A stretch of DNA of 64,000 bases from Acanthaster planci. Lineage: Eukaryota. The translations under genes were made by a program, and so were the position numbers. Within the stretch, counting starts at the first letter, position 1. Each line of letters starts with the position of its first letter. Positions 29,811-44,200 of this stretch are shown here, in pieces. The notes under the pieces are model-generated. The model was not told the DNA's origin, did no database searches, and saw only the letters and a list, made by a program, of their open reading frames with translations. Location: positions 2,674,932-2,738,931 of the forward strand of contig NW_019091356.1 of NCBI RefSeq assembly GCF_001949145.1, written 5' to 3'.

Positions 29811-29829
29811 GTGTGGAGAATTGACAGAT
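29811..29829 (+). CDS. CFAP410: CFAP410/C21orf2-like, 19-nt coding microexon (G TGT GGA GAA TTG ACA GAT = [W]CGELTD)
   Basis: cacctcgcag|GTGTGGAGAATTGACAGAT|gtgagt: canonical acceptor and strong donor. It ends in phase 0, matching the phase-0 start of the next exon (VSIF...). Peptide aligns with human ...NCW-GSRLTD-ISIC. As I recall, human exon 2 (c.78-96) is also 19 nt. Confidence 0.85.
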
Positions 29830-30417
29830 GTGAGTATACATTACGCCTTGCTTCTGTATGGCCTTTTTAAAAAAAACTTTTATTTCACAGAGGGTAATTG
29901 GAGTGGCTGTAATTCAATGTAAATTAACTCTCTGGATTAACAGATGCCGACCCCTCCCCCCAGGGATTTGTTGTCTGACATGATACCTGTAGCCCCAACT
30001 GAGAATTGATGGAGGAAGGGGAGGGAGGGGAGAAGGAAAGGGGGGGGGAAAAACAAGGGAGAGTGATGTTTGCTGAGGGGCTGCCTGAGTCAGAGAGTAA
30101 ATTTGTACATGTTGGAGATCTGTGTAACCAGGAATTGCCTCCAATTGTTCAAACATGGGCTGAAAAATGAGAACAAGTATCCCTGTTATCACAGAGAGAT
30201 GGATTTGCTCGAACAGTTGTTAGCATTAAGAAGTTACTCACTTTAAAGTTAGGATAAGTTACACATATACTAGTATGTATGTGCATTAAGTAAACAGAAA
30301 AGTGAAAATATTTTTCTACCTTAGATAAGTCTACCTTATTATAAGTTGGTTTGTTGTTACTTGCTACATTTCTCAGTTTGTCAGGAAATTTTAATTAGGG
30401 TGTAAATGGGCATTTGT

Positions 30418-31435
30418 CAGGGGTCGACATTAAGCTTTTTTGCCCAGAAGCTAAAAACAGCTCCTGGCCTTTCAAATTTCAGGGTTTTTTTGGGAGCTGT
30501 TTCACAGAACCCAGGAGCTATTTTAGGTAAAGTCATACTAGGCCAAAAAATGATAGTCCTGCTTCCAATTACATGTATATGCCTTTCAAAAATAGGGTCA
30601 GTATGTCAGAAATTTTTTGGGGACGATTTTTCTGTGCTGATTGAATGGCATGAATGGGTACGAAAGCTTCTGAAAACTGTCTCAACTAGTGATAAAACCC
30701 GTCTTAGTCTTTGTGAAAATACAGGCAGTAGACATTTCACAACAATACTTATGGATCACGACAGCAAACTGGCCAACAATGTCCGTGTGTTGCGTGGTAA
30801 GTGTGCGTGATGCATCCAAACGAACGGATGATAAACCTTGTGCTGCAGCAGGAATTTTGGTGGAAACACGCTCGCTTCAAACCACCTCAAAGTGAACTTC
30901 TGAACACAGAGAATACATGTACATATACGTGCATCTGTTGACAAGAGACCAAGTTCTATGAATTAACTTGGAGAAATCCTCTTGCAATATTGATGTTCTT
31001 TCGACCTGCAGCTGTAGGGTTGCGTGTGCGGAAGGCTGATGTAGCGTAAGCGACCGAGACGTATAAACTGGTTGGCACATTTCCATCACGCATTCTCTGG
31101 CATGGGCGGGATGCGGCGGGAACCAGCACAGCTTTGCTTTAATGATAATGGATTGAGATTTGCGCATGGGTTTTCACAACAGCAAAAGGTGAAGGGAACT
31201 CATGAAAATAACAGAAGTTTCTTTTCAAAAATTGCAAATGTAAGTAGGAAAACATAAAAACGGGTGTTTTAACATGAGAAAAGGTTGTTGGAAGTATTTT
31301 GTGAAGAGAAGATCAGTAACAGCCGGGTGCTAATTTCAGCACCCGACCTCTCGCTTTATTACAGATTACTAGGTGCTAATCTTGGTATGTTGGATGCAAA
31401 AGCACCTGTACTGGTACATGTAATGTCAACCCCTG
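30418..31435. mobile_element. ~1-kb non-autonomous CAG-terminated DNA transposon (hAT-like)
   Basis: TIRs caggggtcgacatta / taatgtcaacccctg (14/15). Subterminal ggagct/agctcc repeats on the left and ggtgcta/gcacc repeats on the right. TSD degenerate. Confidence 0.65.
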
Positions 31436-34400
31436 TTTTGTACATACTGGTATACTGTTACGTGTACCAGTCCATGTGCACAACATCAAATACAATCCTA
31501 ATTCCTCTTTGCCAGGAACCATTCAGAATTTCCCAAAATCATTTATTGTGCAGGAAACCAGTCACAAAGCCTCTGAGAACATTCAGAGGAGAGTGGTCAA
31601 AAAGTGCCCAACAGATGACAACAAATGAAAAAACAACACAGTCCTTGTTTTGACGTACATGGACATGGACAGGTTTATTAAGATCAGTGATAATCCTGGA
31701 TAACTAAGAACCTTCAACTTCAAAGGACCAATCAAGTCCCATGCAAACCAGTGTTGCTGGGCTCTACACGTGCCTGCGTAAGAAACGAAAGTGGGTTTTT
31801 AAGAATCCCGCGAGTGATAGGGTTGATAGAAGATGCACATGATGATTCGCTCATTTCTCTGCATTTTACCTTGGTGGGATAGGATCGTCGATATCTTGCA
31901 CTAGGGTCCTGGAACCCATCTTTCATGACTCACAAGAAGAGAAGACCGAGGTGCACACAACCTCTTCTTCTGATTGGCAAATTCTCTGAAATGGCTGCAC
32001 GAGACTATGCCAGTCATTACCAGCTCCCGGCCTGGAAAATGGCCAAGAGGTGACATCAACTCATAGCATCCTCCCCGTTATTTTCAATAACACCTCATGT
32101 TTCCGAATAATCTCTCCTAAGAAGGAGCGCCTATCCTTGAAAGACCCCGTAGATTTTACTCAACACATTGACTAGCCTGCTCTAGGCATTAGCAGACCCA
32201 CAAGAGCCGAGTTGAAAGTTTGAGTAAAACCAACTGGCTTGTCAGAGTTCACATCTTTAAAAAAAAATTGAAAATGAATGGTGTGTCAGAAATACTCTCC
32301 ACAACTTAGTACCACACTGCACTGCACCACACTGAGGCATAAATTGCACACTTGAAATCTTATTCCTGAATAATTCTTTTGACAGGACATGTACATGTAT
32401 TACTAACAGGATAACAAGAAGACCTAAGAATTCAGTTTGGCATCACTTGGGTCATTTAGATGAAGCTATTGGATTTGATAAACACCCCCTCCCCCACCAA
32501 AGGTCTTTGTACAGCAGCATGCACGTGCCACAGTCAAGATTACCAAGTCAGTAACCACTACTTCTCACTCTGGGCACACAAACAAATCCACAAGCCAATC
32601 TTGTTCAACGCATCCCACCGAGGAATCGGAAAAAAAGGATTAGACAGAGATAACGTCTCGGATTCTCTCCACGTCGTCCGGTACGCTCTCTGACATTTAA
32701 CGAGCGGAGGAAACATTCCCCAAAGCGCCGTCACACGATACTGCAAGCGGAAAAGACCTGAACACCTGGGAGATTGGAAAGGGGGAAAGTTGTTTGGTCG
32801 GTGCAGGGAATGGATGGAACTCGGGGATGTGTTTGCTCCCCACGGTGGCAGTGACGGGGATGAAGGAGCGTGTCGACCTTGGACGGCTTGGCTGCAAAAC
32901 AGGAAACCATTTTGAGATGGGAATCAATTGTCTTAGCCGGTAAACTCAGCGGGGAGTGGGGGTCATGCTGAGTATTGACCGGTTGAGGGAAGATGACGAG
33001 AAATCTGCGAGGAAAGGAAAGATGTCGATGGAGGAAAAACATTTGAAATGAGCATTCTTTCAATATAAAGAGATATCTACATGTATACATGCAAAGGATT
33101 AGAATTTTGTAAAGATTATAATCCTGTTCCCTGTTTACAAGCTAAGCTCCCTCTCTTGTTGTGAAATAAGAAACAGGTACCTGTTAGGTTGAAATAGAAT
33201 ATGCCTCCCTCCCGTACAGGTACCGGTACATGAGAGTCTGCTGTGCCTCATCAAAGGTTACCTTGTTCAGTACACCTGGTGTGTAGACACTCTCATCGAT
33301 GTTTCATGCAACTTTGAAAAATATACGTACAATGTATCTTGTGAAAGTACTCTCCCTTGCCTTGAGAGGTAAATGTACATGTACAAATCTGCTTGTGATA
33401 GGCTCTCCTCAGCATGGCAGCTTTTAACAAAAACAAAACACAAGTTTCATTGAAACTGCGCTGATGCTTTGAGCGACCTCCCTGTCTGTGCACTTTTTAA
33501 GGTTCGATCAACCGTCTGTAGGAAAACAAACATCCATGTTCTCGGGCAAATTCATAAACACTACATAGAGTGTCTAATTTATTGCCGCCACTTTTCTCAT
33601 CCAGAGACACGGAAACAACTGTGCAATAAGAATAAATGATACATGTACATGTAGGTTACCCTGCACTTTATAAGCTGTGGCACGGTAAAGAGTACCATTG
33701 AAAATAAATGTCAGCTCTGTGTACCCATGTACATTAGTAAAGTAAATACGACATGCTGCTTGCAGCACCTTGTAATGAATGAGAAGAAGCTTGCAATATT
33801 GTACATGTAGTTGCTTTCTGTCAGCAGAGTATCAGACTATAGGACTGTGAATGCAGCATTATCTATGGTCCTGGCTACAGTCCTGTTTCCTGTTTAAAGG
33901 CTACATGTAAGGAAACCTTTATGCAGTTAGTGCTTGGAGGGGGCAGAACATCAGAAGTTAATGAATGCGAGTACGTGTACATGACCTGATTAAGCAAATT
34001 TTGCGTGTGGATTAGAGTCCACTTTAAGTGCGACAAGATAAATTAACATCTTTAATAACCAGTGTGTAAATCTACATGTACATGTACACGTCTGGGTGCA
34101 GTATGCATGTAGACCAAGCATGACACATACGTATGGAGTTTACAACATTGAGCATTCTTCAACAGTCCTGCATCTTCGATCACCATCGTGCTGGACCACA
34201 TCCCCAAATGTTTGTTTACTCGCCTCCCGGAGTCCTATTTTCTCAACCTCTCAAAAGTTGACCTGTTTTCTTTATTTTGAAAATGATGGGCACCTTTCTA
34301 TTCTCCCCCCCCCACACACACACACACACGCGCCCACCTTTTAGATTTCTCTTCGTGGGAAGGGGGTCACGGTCGCCCCGTTAAAGCCACTGAATAAAAC

Positions 34401-35039
34401 CACCTGGTACCTGAAATAACAGTAGAGCAGACTCCGTCCTGGGCTGGATTGCCAGGTATGTGAAGACGGCAGTCTGGTCTGGCTTACACATAGATTCCTT
34501 TCTCTCCCCCCCCTCCTCCATCTTGCCTTCCTCATCTGTCAAATCGCATTGGAATTAGTGTTAAATGGAGACACTATGGGGCTCTTGCATTGAGTCAGGA
34601 TGGCTTGGGAGTATTTTGATAGCTCTTTCTCTCTTGCCATTTGGACGTCCTATCCTTTGGACTGGGGAATTTGCTGGGAGATGTTTTAGATTCAATACAT
34701 TTGCACATTTTTCAGAGGGATAGAATTTAGTGTTTCTGCTGGTGTTAGTTTCTGTGTACATGTATGTACATGTATACCGGTGGTTTATGCAAGCAAACAT
34801 AGCCGTAACACCTGGAAAGAATTGGTTAGGAAGTCATTCAGAAGTTGTTGGATTTTAATGTCAAGCACTATTTCACATGTAGCTATATAAGTATATTACA
34901 TTTTAATGACTGAGCCAGTTGGTTTATCTACATGTATCAGTTTACATCGTGAATATTTTATTAAAGTAGGACATCCACTACTGCACCTGTACTAGAAAGG
35001 TAATCTTGTAGATGCATTATACCAGGATGGTACCAGAGC

Positions 35040-35245
35040 ATGGCGGTATGCCTGTGATGTACATGTAGTTCATCTGTGTTAACATTCCATGCATACCTAA
35101 TATATACTTGTACAATGTACATGTACATGCATACATTTACATGTACATGTATACCATGTGGTGCATGTAGGGGTCCACCTACATGTACGTGTATCAGCCT
35201 ACAGGGTTTTTCCTGCCAGCTGATGCTTGACATGTACATGTACCC
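35040..35245. repeat. Degenerate (TACATG)n-rich tract
   Basis: Many tacatg/catgta units clustered. Confidence 0.8.
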
Positions 35246-38200
35246 CTGTGTCCTTTCAAAGTGTTAAGTTTCACCTGCCGAATTCAATTAGTGTATACAG
35301 CAGATCAGCAGATTCTGTGAGCTGTCTGTTCAGGCATGGCCTAGCAAATGTTGGTCTGATGCACTTTGAATTGAAAAAAAAAGTTGTCTGGTTTGTCTTT
35401 TCTTTTTTCTTTGAATTAGAAAAGTTGCTTTAGACTGAGATTCAGCAGTCTTGACTATTTTTCTGAATCATTTTGGCTTATGAAATGAACAATTGACAGC
35501 AAAATTCTAGTTCTAGTTTCATACATATACGATTCTTACAAGAACACTGTTGGGCATCTCTCAAGGGAAGAAAGTCCCTCTTTGACGACACTTTTTTAGT
35601 TTTGTCTGTAGAGATATATAATTACATCAGTCCAAACTTCAAGTTGTGTTCGGCAGACACTATAGGCCTATGTCAGCACCAACTCTGATTTTTTTTTTGG
35701 CAGAATTGTAGGAACCTTCTCGGGTATGTAAATTAAAATCGCAGATGTTCTTTTTCTGCTGTGGAAGATACTTGGAACATGCACCATCAGAGAATCAGAT
35801 TGTCCAAAGGAAATATTGGGGGGAGAAGAGTGATGTCATCGGATGAAATTAGAAAGCACAGCAGTTTGAAACCTGCCAAGTGGGATTTGCTCTTCCCCTG
35901 CTCTGTTATTTCGGTTTTCAATTTCCTTTTAATCAGCCAGCCTGGCCGACAAACGGTGTGCTGGCGCTGAGGAGCAAATGCATCGTGGGACTTTTGAAAA
36001 GATGGATAGGTTGGTGAGATAAAAACTCACTTGTACATGTATCTATCATCCGCAGCTCGGCCGGGGCTCACTACCGCCGGTCTCTCTTTTAAAAGGCACT
36101 CATGTAAGAAACAAGACGAACGGTTTCCCCATGGAATCGGATGTAGTCTTGATGCTTTGTTGATAACCTTCTACATAGTTTAAATTGTGGGACGAGAGAT
36201 GGAAGCTCCTGTCAGTTTTGTTACCGGTCATGAGTCATTTTTACCCCCCACCTTCTTCTTTTATTCCGCCGATTGCTGAGCTAGTAAAAATTCCCATCAC
36301 AGCTGTACAAATTGCTGAATCTCATTCTTGCTCATGTTTGGACATGAGTATCACTTCACTGTCCCCAATTCGTCCACATAAACCGTGGACAAGCTTTTCC
36401 TTCCCCGCTCCGGCAATGAAATAAATCATGAGAAAAAATTAATTGCACATGATGTTGCCGCTTAACTTGGATTGACATTTTAAGAATTTGTCTGTAGCCT
36501 GAATGTCACGGCCGATCACTGGAGGCCGTAAACCATTTCGTTGGCGAGCCATTTAAGTTCATCCTTTCGGGCAGCAAATTGAAGTTTGACTACTGGTTCG
36601 TCGTGGAACGTGCCCGAGCACCCATTATTTCACGGAGAGACCTCCTCAAACTTGAGATTTATGTGTCAGCAGACGGTGCGTCCAGTTCTAATGTGCCGCA
36701 ATCGTCATTCATTTATGGTCTTAAAAAGAAAAGAAAAAAAATTGATGAGATGCTGATGTGAGTGAGGTAATACTGCAGAGAAATCATATTGCACAAAAAT
36801 GTGTACTCCATCAGTTTCCTTGCGATTTCTGTTAATGATGATCTGGTCATCCTTGTGGAAGTGCAGGGTTATCAAAATTTGTTCTCTAAAAAAAAAGAGG
36901 GAAAAGTTGCTGTCGTGTTCTAACATGTAAACTTCCTTGTGGATGTTGTCATGCTTGTCATATTTGGGGGAAAATAAGTTAAAGTGTCAGCATGAAGAGT
37001 AGAAAACATGTTGATGCAAATTGCAGTGCCTCAAATCCCCCTTAATAAACTCATGAATTCATTCTTTCACAGGATTTGGTCACAAATTGTCCTTGTCGTT
37101 TTAGCTGACTCACTTGTTTCCTTGACCTCTTCTCAAGGAAAAAAAAGAAAGAGAAAAAACAAAAATTCAATCACAATCTGATTTGGCACTCAGACGCTCC
37201 ATCGTTTTCCAAATTACCCTTTTGTTAAAGCACGGAATACAGTTTAGCTCTTTACAAATTCCCCCTCGTAATAACCGCGGTGCAACAAGCTCTAGTCCCG
37301 TCAGTATTCATGTATCCACTGATCTTTTGGACCCCCCCTTTTTTTTTCACCGTTTCTGGCTGATGGAGTTTGCTCCAGCACCACCAGTGTGACTCACTCC
37401 GTGTCTTTCACCTGTTTGCTAAAACCCCCTCATCTGGACTGCTTGGAAGAGACAGATCCCACTCTCTGATTGACACGACAGACCTTGACAATGCCAAGTG
37501 TGAACTCAGGAGATGACATGTATGGCCAAAAAGGCTGGGGTCAAGAAGGGTTTGTCAACTGTCTGCGGCATCAGTGTTGCTTGGGATTGTCAGCAGAGAG
37601 CAGAAGGGGTACTTAAGTAGCTCACGTGTAGTATTACTCATTGTGTACTGCCCCTGAGCAAAGCTTTGTTTGGTAGTCCCCCACCCTTCCTTTTGATACA
37701 AGGTTTGTTGCGGGATGTTGTACCAAACTGCCAATTTTAAAGGACATTGGAGTTTTCGTTCCAGTGAAAGTTGACATTTCTGTGAGACAGTCAAGAGCAG
37801 TGCCTGACGAATGAAAATCTGTGACATAATGGAACGTGAATGCGGGATTGAATGGGGCTGGGATTGTATTGGGATTGTGTTTTATATAGGCTGCCTGGTG
37901 AGTTATGCCTTTATTGTTTTTTAACCCTAAAGCCAAGGTTTTGTTTATCCCAGTACAAAGACGGTCAACTCAAAAATAAGAATTTGAAATCAGTATGAAC
38001 AGGTTGGAGATCCTGTTTTTTGACTTACCGGCAGCAGGTACCTTTACATTATGTTTTGGGAGAAAAGCCCAAAACACAACTTCGCAGCCAGCCACATGAA
38101 TTAAAGGCCCAAAACTCAGATCCTTTGTTCCTTACACTTCATCTTCCTGGCCCCCAGCGCCTCTTCTTTCTTAGATTTAACCCATCCTTTTAATCAGCTT

Positions 38201-41200
38201 CACCGTCCTGCTTTTCCCTCTTTCCTGGCACGATCCCGGTTGATCGAGTACTGTCAAATATGAGGCCTGACTTAAGAGGAGCCCAGGCCGCCGGATTCCT
38301 CCAACATGCTTATTACCGTGTCCACTGCTTTGGCATGTCCTTGGCATTTGTGGGGCCGTTGATCGGTACAGTGTGTTGGTTTCGTTAGCCAGCAAGCGTG
38401 TGATCAGTTCGGCTATTTTATTTTCATTCCAAGTACAACAATCAAATGCTAGGAGCCGACAGATATCCCGATAAAAATTTACCATGTGAAAATCTTTGCT
38501 TATCAACCATTTACATGGAAAACATTGAATCTTAAACTGTGGTGTTTGGTTTTCCAAGTTTGGCTTGATGTCCTGCGTGGAGCAGCATCCCATCCCTGAA
38601 ACAAGAATGTGAATGTTAATCATCTTGGGAATCGATCAGATTTACATCGTTACTCAGAAATGGACGAGTAAAATGAACTGCATACTGCAGCATTGTATTC
38701 GTCTGGCAGCAATTTCCTCCTCTACAATCTAGAGTGCATTTATAAGTGATCCGCCGAGTTTGTGACAAATTTTGGGTGTATTTTGTACACAGAGTAGAAG
38801 CTAGTGCTGCGCATTTGGAGATGATGAACATTTACAGTGTGCGCCGGCAGGTCCTTGATTGTGAACCCCAGACTTCCATTTCATGTGGCCGATGAGTGAT
38901 TCCAAGTGACAGTCAGAGTGCAGAATTACATGTACAAACCTTGGATGTCCTATCGCCAGGACAGCACTTTAATGGGTTAAAGCTAGGCTTTTCGGCTCTC
39001 AATCACCTTTTTTACCCCTGTTCAATTTTGATTACAGTGGCACACAAATTAGCCAGTTCTTCGGACTGTACGATATTTGATTTACCACTTCAGTTTGCCC
39101 AGCTTCCTCTGAACCACCACTGTCCTGTTTATCCGACTGTCCCAACAACCATCCCCCACAACTATCCCTGGCACAGGACTTAGAGAGAACACTCAGGTGT
39201 GTGCGGATTATCTTACAGCTCCTCTAGCACGTCCCTCTTTTTTTTTTTTATACCAATTCCAAATCTTCCAGGCTGGCAATTACGCACACCCTCAAGGAAA
39301 GGCTGACAAGAGGTCTTGTTTGCCCAGCACAGCTTTGCGGCTTCAGACCGGATTCCCTCGTTCCGGTTTTTCAGGGTTTAGGGACGGCGGGGAGCATTGA
39401 CGTTTCCGATTTGGACTGCTGTGTGTGGGGGGGGAGGAGAGATGTGGGCTGGGTCGTGTGCGTGATATCTTGTTCTCTTATAAATCTGCGTTATTTTGCA
39501 AGTGTGTGCCTGTGCAGGTATGCTGTGCGTGCTCATTTGAATAGGTATTGACGCAGCTTAGCCTTGTATTGAGTGTTGTTTTAATTTATTGGCCTGATTG
39601 AGATACATATACATACATGTGTGCTAAGAATGCTTTTGGGACAAGATGACAGGGAAAGGTACCGGAGGTGTCAAAGTGACAGCCAGCAGGCCATTGTTAT
39701 CATGGTCACTTACCAGTAAAGATGGGAAGTGAAAAGCAAATCAAAGGGAATAAACTTACCCAAGAAAGCGGCTAGAAACTAATTTCCAGGAGAATAAGGG
39801 ATTTGATTCAAATGGAATACTAACTCTATCACACTGTCTATAAATACTGTGCTGTAACGGGAAAAGAAGCATCTTTTTCTCTCATTAATTCCCTCCTCGG
39901 CCACATGTTTGGAAATATAATGAAGATAAAAAAGGTACTTGTAATTATCCTACCGGTACATTACAAACTCCCTGAACAAAGAGAAATTTGTGCCAATGTA
40001 TCCTGAAACAAAAGGGTAAAAAGCTGTCACAGTTTTTTGTGTCATGTGTCTGTACAGTTGAAGGCTGAATTGGAAATCTGTGCTACCACATGAAAGGATC
40101 ACTGTTTACATACACGTACAGAATTCTATCACTTTTTTCTTTGCCCAGAGCCATGTTTGCGCCCGTTATCAAATAATGCCTTTGTTTTTCATTAAACTGA
40201 GTGCCATACAAGATCTCTGCTGTTATCATGGCAGTGTTACAATTACAGCTGTGTTACAAGTACCTTCTATAACTGATACCATTTTCCATGAAGTACCTAG
40301 CCCTGGTGACACATCATCTCTCCAGATTTCAATACCAACCACTCTTGTGGTTTCCCCCAGAAAGTCTTTTTTTAAAAAAAAAATGGTCAGACCGCACCTA
40401 TGGGGGGGCCCATTCTCTATTCATCAGATTCCATTCATTGCTCTTTGATGGGAGACCCTGATTCACAGTTGCGTTATTTTACGGGCCGGGACATACTGCT
40501 GGCTCCGACTCTCTTCTGCTTCCTCCCCTTTCCCCCCCAAACTCTCGGCCCTTTTTGATATCGGGAATTTTTATCACAGGTAAACTGTCAAGTATTTGGC
40601 TGGAGTGCCATAAATAGTTGGGTCGAATGCCTCACCTGCTCTCTCAGTATATGGATTGAAGCAACCTGTGCATAGACCTGCTCAGTGTAGTGTACACATG
40701 GCATGCTTGGCCTCACGGGAGTTTACGCATGGTCGATAATATTTCTTGATCCATTTACATTGTATTTGCAAGGTGCACAATGTACATGTGTTGGATATTA
40801 CATGTAATGCCCAAGTACACGTACATAGTTATCATTTTTCTCATACTTTCTCCTAAAGGAATTGCCTTTTGGGGGGAAGGTGATTTGTGGTAAGAATTTG
40901 GTTTGAGCCCTTTTTTCCTTTTAATCATTTTAATTTATTTTCAAGTTTTGTGATTTGCTATGCCAGCTCTGGGATTTGAAAATACCGGTACACACTTGTT
41001 CCTAGCTCCCAGCAGCCCTTAATTCACTATTTGTAATGTGATTTTTCACACACCCTGGTGAATAGGGAGAAGCTTTTTTTGTTTCAGAGAGTTTTGTCAT
41101 TAATGTACATGTAAATGTTATTTGTTAAATATCTTGACTTTCATACTAAATACTAGAGGATACAGTAACAGAAAGGGTCTCCCTCTGTTTCTAAAAATTT

Positions 41201-44200
41201 TTTCTCAATTAAACCCCCCCGACAATTTGTTTGTGATCCTGTATAAAGCTCTCCTTGAATTAAGTTGAAAAGTAAAGTAATTTACATGCAAGGTGTATGA
41301 GTGCGTGCACATGTAGCGACCAGAGTTATGTAGAATGTGGTGATTCATCTGCTCCCAAAAGTCATGGAACCAGATTGAATGAATGTGTAGGAAAAACCAA
41401 CAAATGGCGACTACATGCATTTTACTTTGCCCACAAAATAAATCTCCCGTCTACGTTTCTGATTGCATCATATTACCATATTTCATGTCAGCTTTGTGCA
41501 CGTGCAAGTGTCAATACACATAAATACGCTCATGAATCTGGTTGACACTGTCACTGTCTGACTTAAGTATTTGCCCAGAAAAGCAGCTCTGGAGAATTGT
41601 TTCCCTGCATGGCACAAGCCAAATTTTTTTTATTACCTTGCAACCAATTTACACGTGGGACTGATTGAATTCGCATGTCGGGCGGGGGAAGAAAAAAAAG
41701 TTGTTCCACGACCGGTGACGCCGTGCTTTTTGTCTGAGTCTTTCAGTTCCCAGAGACGGGACTTTGGCGAGAGAGCAATTTGGATGTCTGCCCAGTGATG
41801 GGATTGTGGTTTTTAAGGAGGCTCGCGTGTGCGGACGGGCTTGATTTATTCCCTGCTTCATGGTGATGAAGAGAGAGACCGCGCTCCATCGGACGGCACT
41901 CCGCAGGTTAACAGGGTTTAGATAGATGTGTGTTCAGAGTCATTCTAAAGATCCTGGGACCCAATTTGTAGCATCACTGCTCCCTTGATTTGTCCTGCCG
42001 CCAGGAATTTGTTCCTGCATTTCGTAGAGCTCATTGCCTTGGATACAGATATGCTCAAGATGTTGATGCATTTAAGGAATCTCTCTGGATATTAGCCAGG
42101 CTGCGAAACCCGCCTGAAGCGGGGCAGCTTTGTGCTGTTTGCAATCTTTGATATGCCAACTTCCAAGCAGTGACGCAGTTCACAACTTTTATAAGATTGC
42201 AGTGCAACACAGTCTTATTAAAAACTCAACTTGTTATGATTTACTTGATTAAGTGAAAATTAGAAGAAAAAAAAGCCTGCTGAAGTAATTTATGAGGCAA
42301 TTTTGAGTCAGGGCAGTGAAAAGGAACGACTTCTCCCAAGAAAAAAAGAGTCCATTTCAGCACAAAGGTGATTAGTCATCCGTTGTGCAAGTGTGCAAGA
42401 AATTACAGAAATGAGAGCTTGCAGGGCGTCCCAGCAATGTAATTAAAACCTCATTTTTACCATCTCCACTTCCTATTAAATATTAAACCCCCGATTAGTC
42501 ATTTGTCAGGATAGAATTAAGTGTGAATTGTCACAAAACACTATTCTGAGTTGGTCACGAATGGCTGACAATTCCAAATCTGTCAAACAGACCCTTTTTT
42601 TCCTCTGTGTGCGTGTGGATCCAGGAAATGTCATCCATCACCCACACACTGCACGGTTTTGGAAAATGAACGGTGCAATGTGATGAGCAGATGTTGGGAT
42701 TAAACCGAAACGCTCACTGGTGTCGATCTCATCGTAATCATCTCAGCGGCATTAAAGAATGAAACCAAGTGGGAATCATTTGACTATAAAGGATATTTAT
42801 CTGGATCTACACTGGCTTATCTTGCAAGTGTCTCATGTGGAATTGACTGCACTGAAACTCTGAAGCCATTAAATAAAATTGAACATATATCCGTACTGAA
42901 AATGTTAATTTTTTATCTTGCAAATAAAATTGGATTCCTTTTGTCGTTTGCTAAGTACTGTAGTATGTCTGATGCCAGTGACCTCCAGCTCCAGAATCAC
43001 GGTATGATTTGGGTTTCTGTCCCTCGGTGTGTTGGTCCAGTAGTGTTCCACAGAGCTTGCCCAAGATGTGGCCGCAGCATCTTTAATATTACAAATTGCC
43101 AGCTAACCGATGTTAAATGCATAGATCTCTCAAAATTAACTGGCAAAAGGCTGGCGTGTACACGTACATGTTACCTGTAGTTCTGGAAAGCCGTTTTGTT
43201 ATTCATGCTTTAAGCATAGGATGCACCTGTAGCAAAGCTGGACACACCAACCACAAGCTGTCATTGGATTGGCTCACAGCAACGTGTCAAATGAGCTTAG
43301 AAGAATCTACTTTAACAATCCATTAAGCAGGCATGCAAGCACAAGTGCTAGTGTGTACATACATGTTGAAACCCCCAACCCTTTATTAGTTTGCACACGG
43401 CCTGCGTATCCGGAATATTTCACGGGGAACATTCATTGGAGCCAATTATGAAGAGGGAGTAACTCGAGCCCCAGAATATCGACATGCTAGACATCTCTGG
43501 CATCCCTTAACAGCTAAATGGATCATCTAAGTGTCATTGTTAATTACCCTGACCCAGTTAATTGACAATTGAGTTGCAGGTGCATCGCTCAAGTGTACAG
43601 CCTACATTTGGAGGGGAGCCCTACAAGGTCCATATCCTAATCCCTCTTCTCCCACACCTTATCACCCCCCCCAAAAAGGACAAAATGTGTCCAATGGAAT
43701 GCTGTGAAGATACCTGATCTTATCGTGAATACCAGCCTGTCCTTTTATCACTCTGCCATTAAAGCAGTAATTTGCGCTATCAATTCCCCAAGTCCTTTTT
43801 TTCCCCTCACTCTCCCTTACTCTTTCCTGAATGATCCCAGCGGTGTGGCTTTTGTTACAGTCCGCTGATCCCCAACACGACCAAGAATAACATGGGGGGG
43901 TTCGTTGCCAACAAACATAGTGGGGCCGTAGACTTCTCACCTGTCCAAACTGCGAGGTCCTCAGCCCCCGCTGCAAACATTAGTCATCCTCAGCAATGCA
44001 GCTGCCACACGTAACCCCGCCTCTGTGGAGACTGATTGGTATTCCATACAATTTGTGCGGAATCAGAAATTAAAAAAAGAAAATACGTGTAGGTGTGTGG
44101 ATGCACAGCTTTAGTAAATTGGTTTTCGTTTCGGACGTGGCCGGAATAAGGACGAATGGTGGGAGAACCGTCGTGCTGACTCACGGCTCTGACAACTGAT

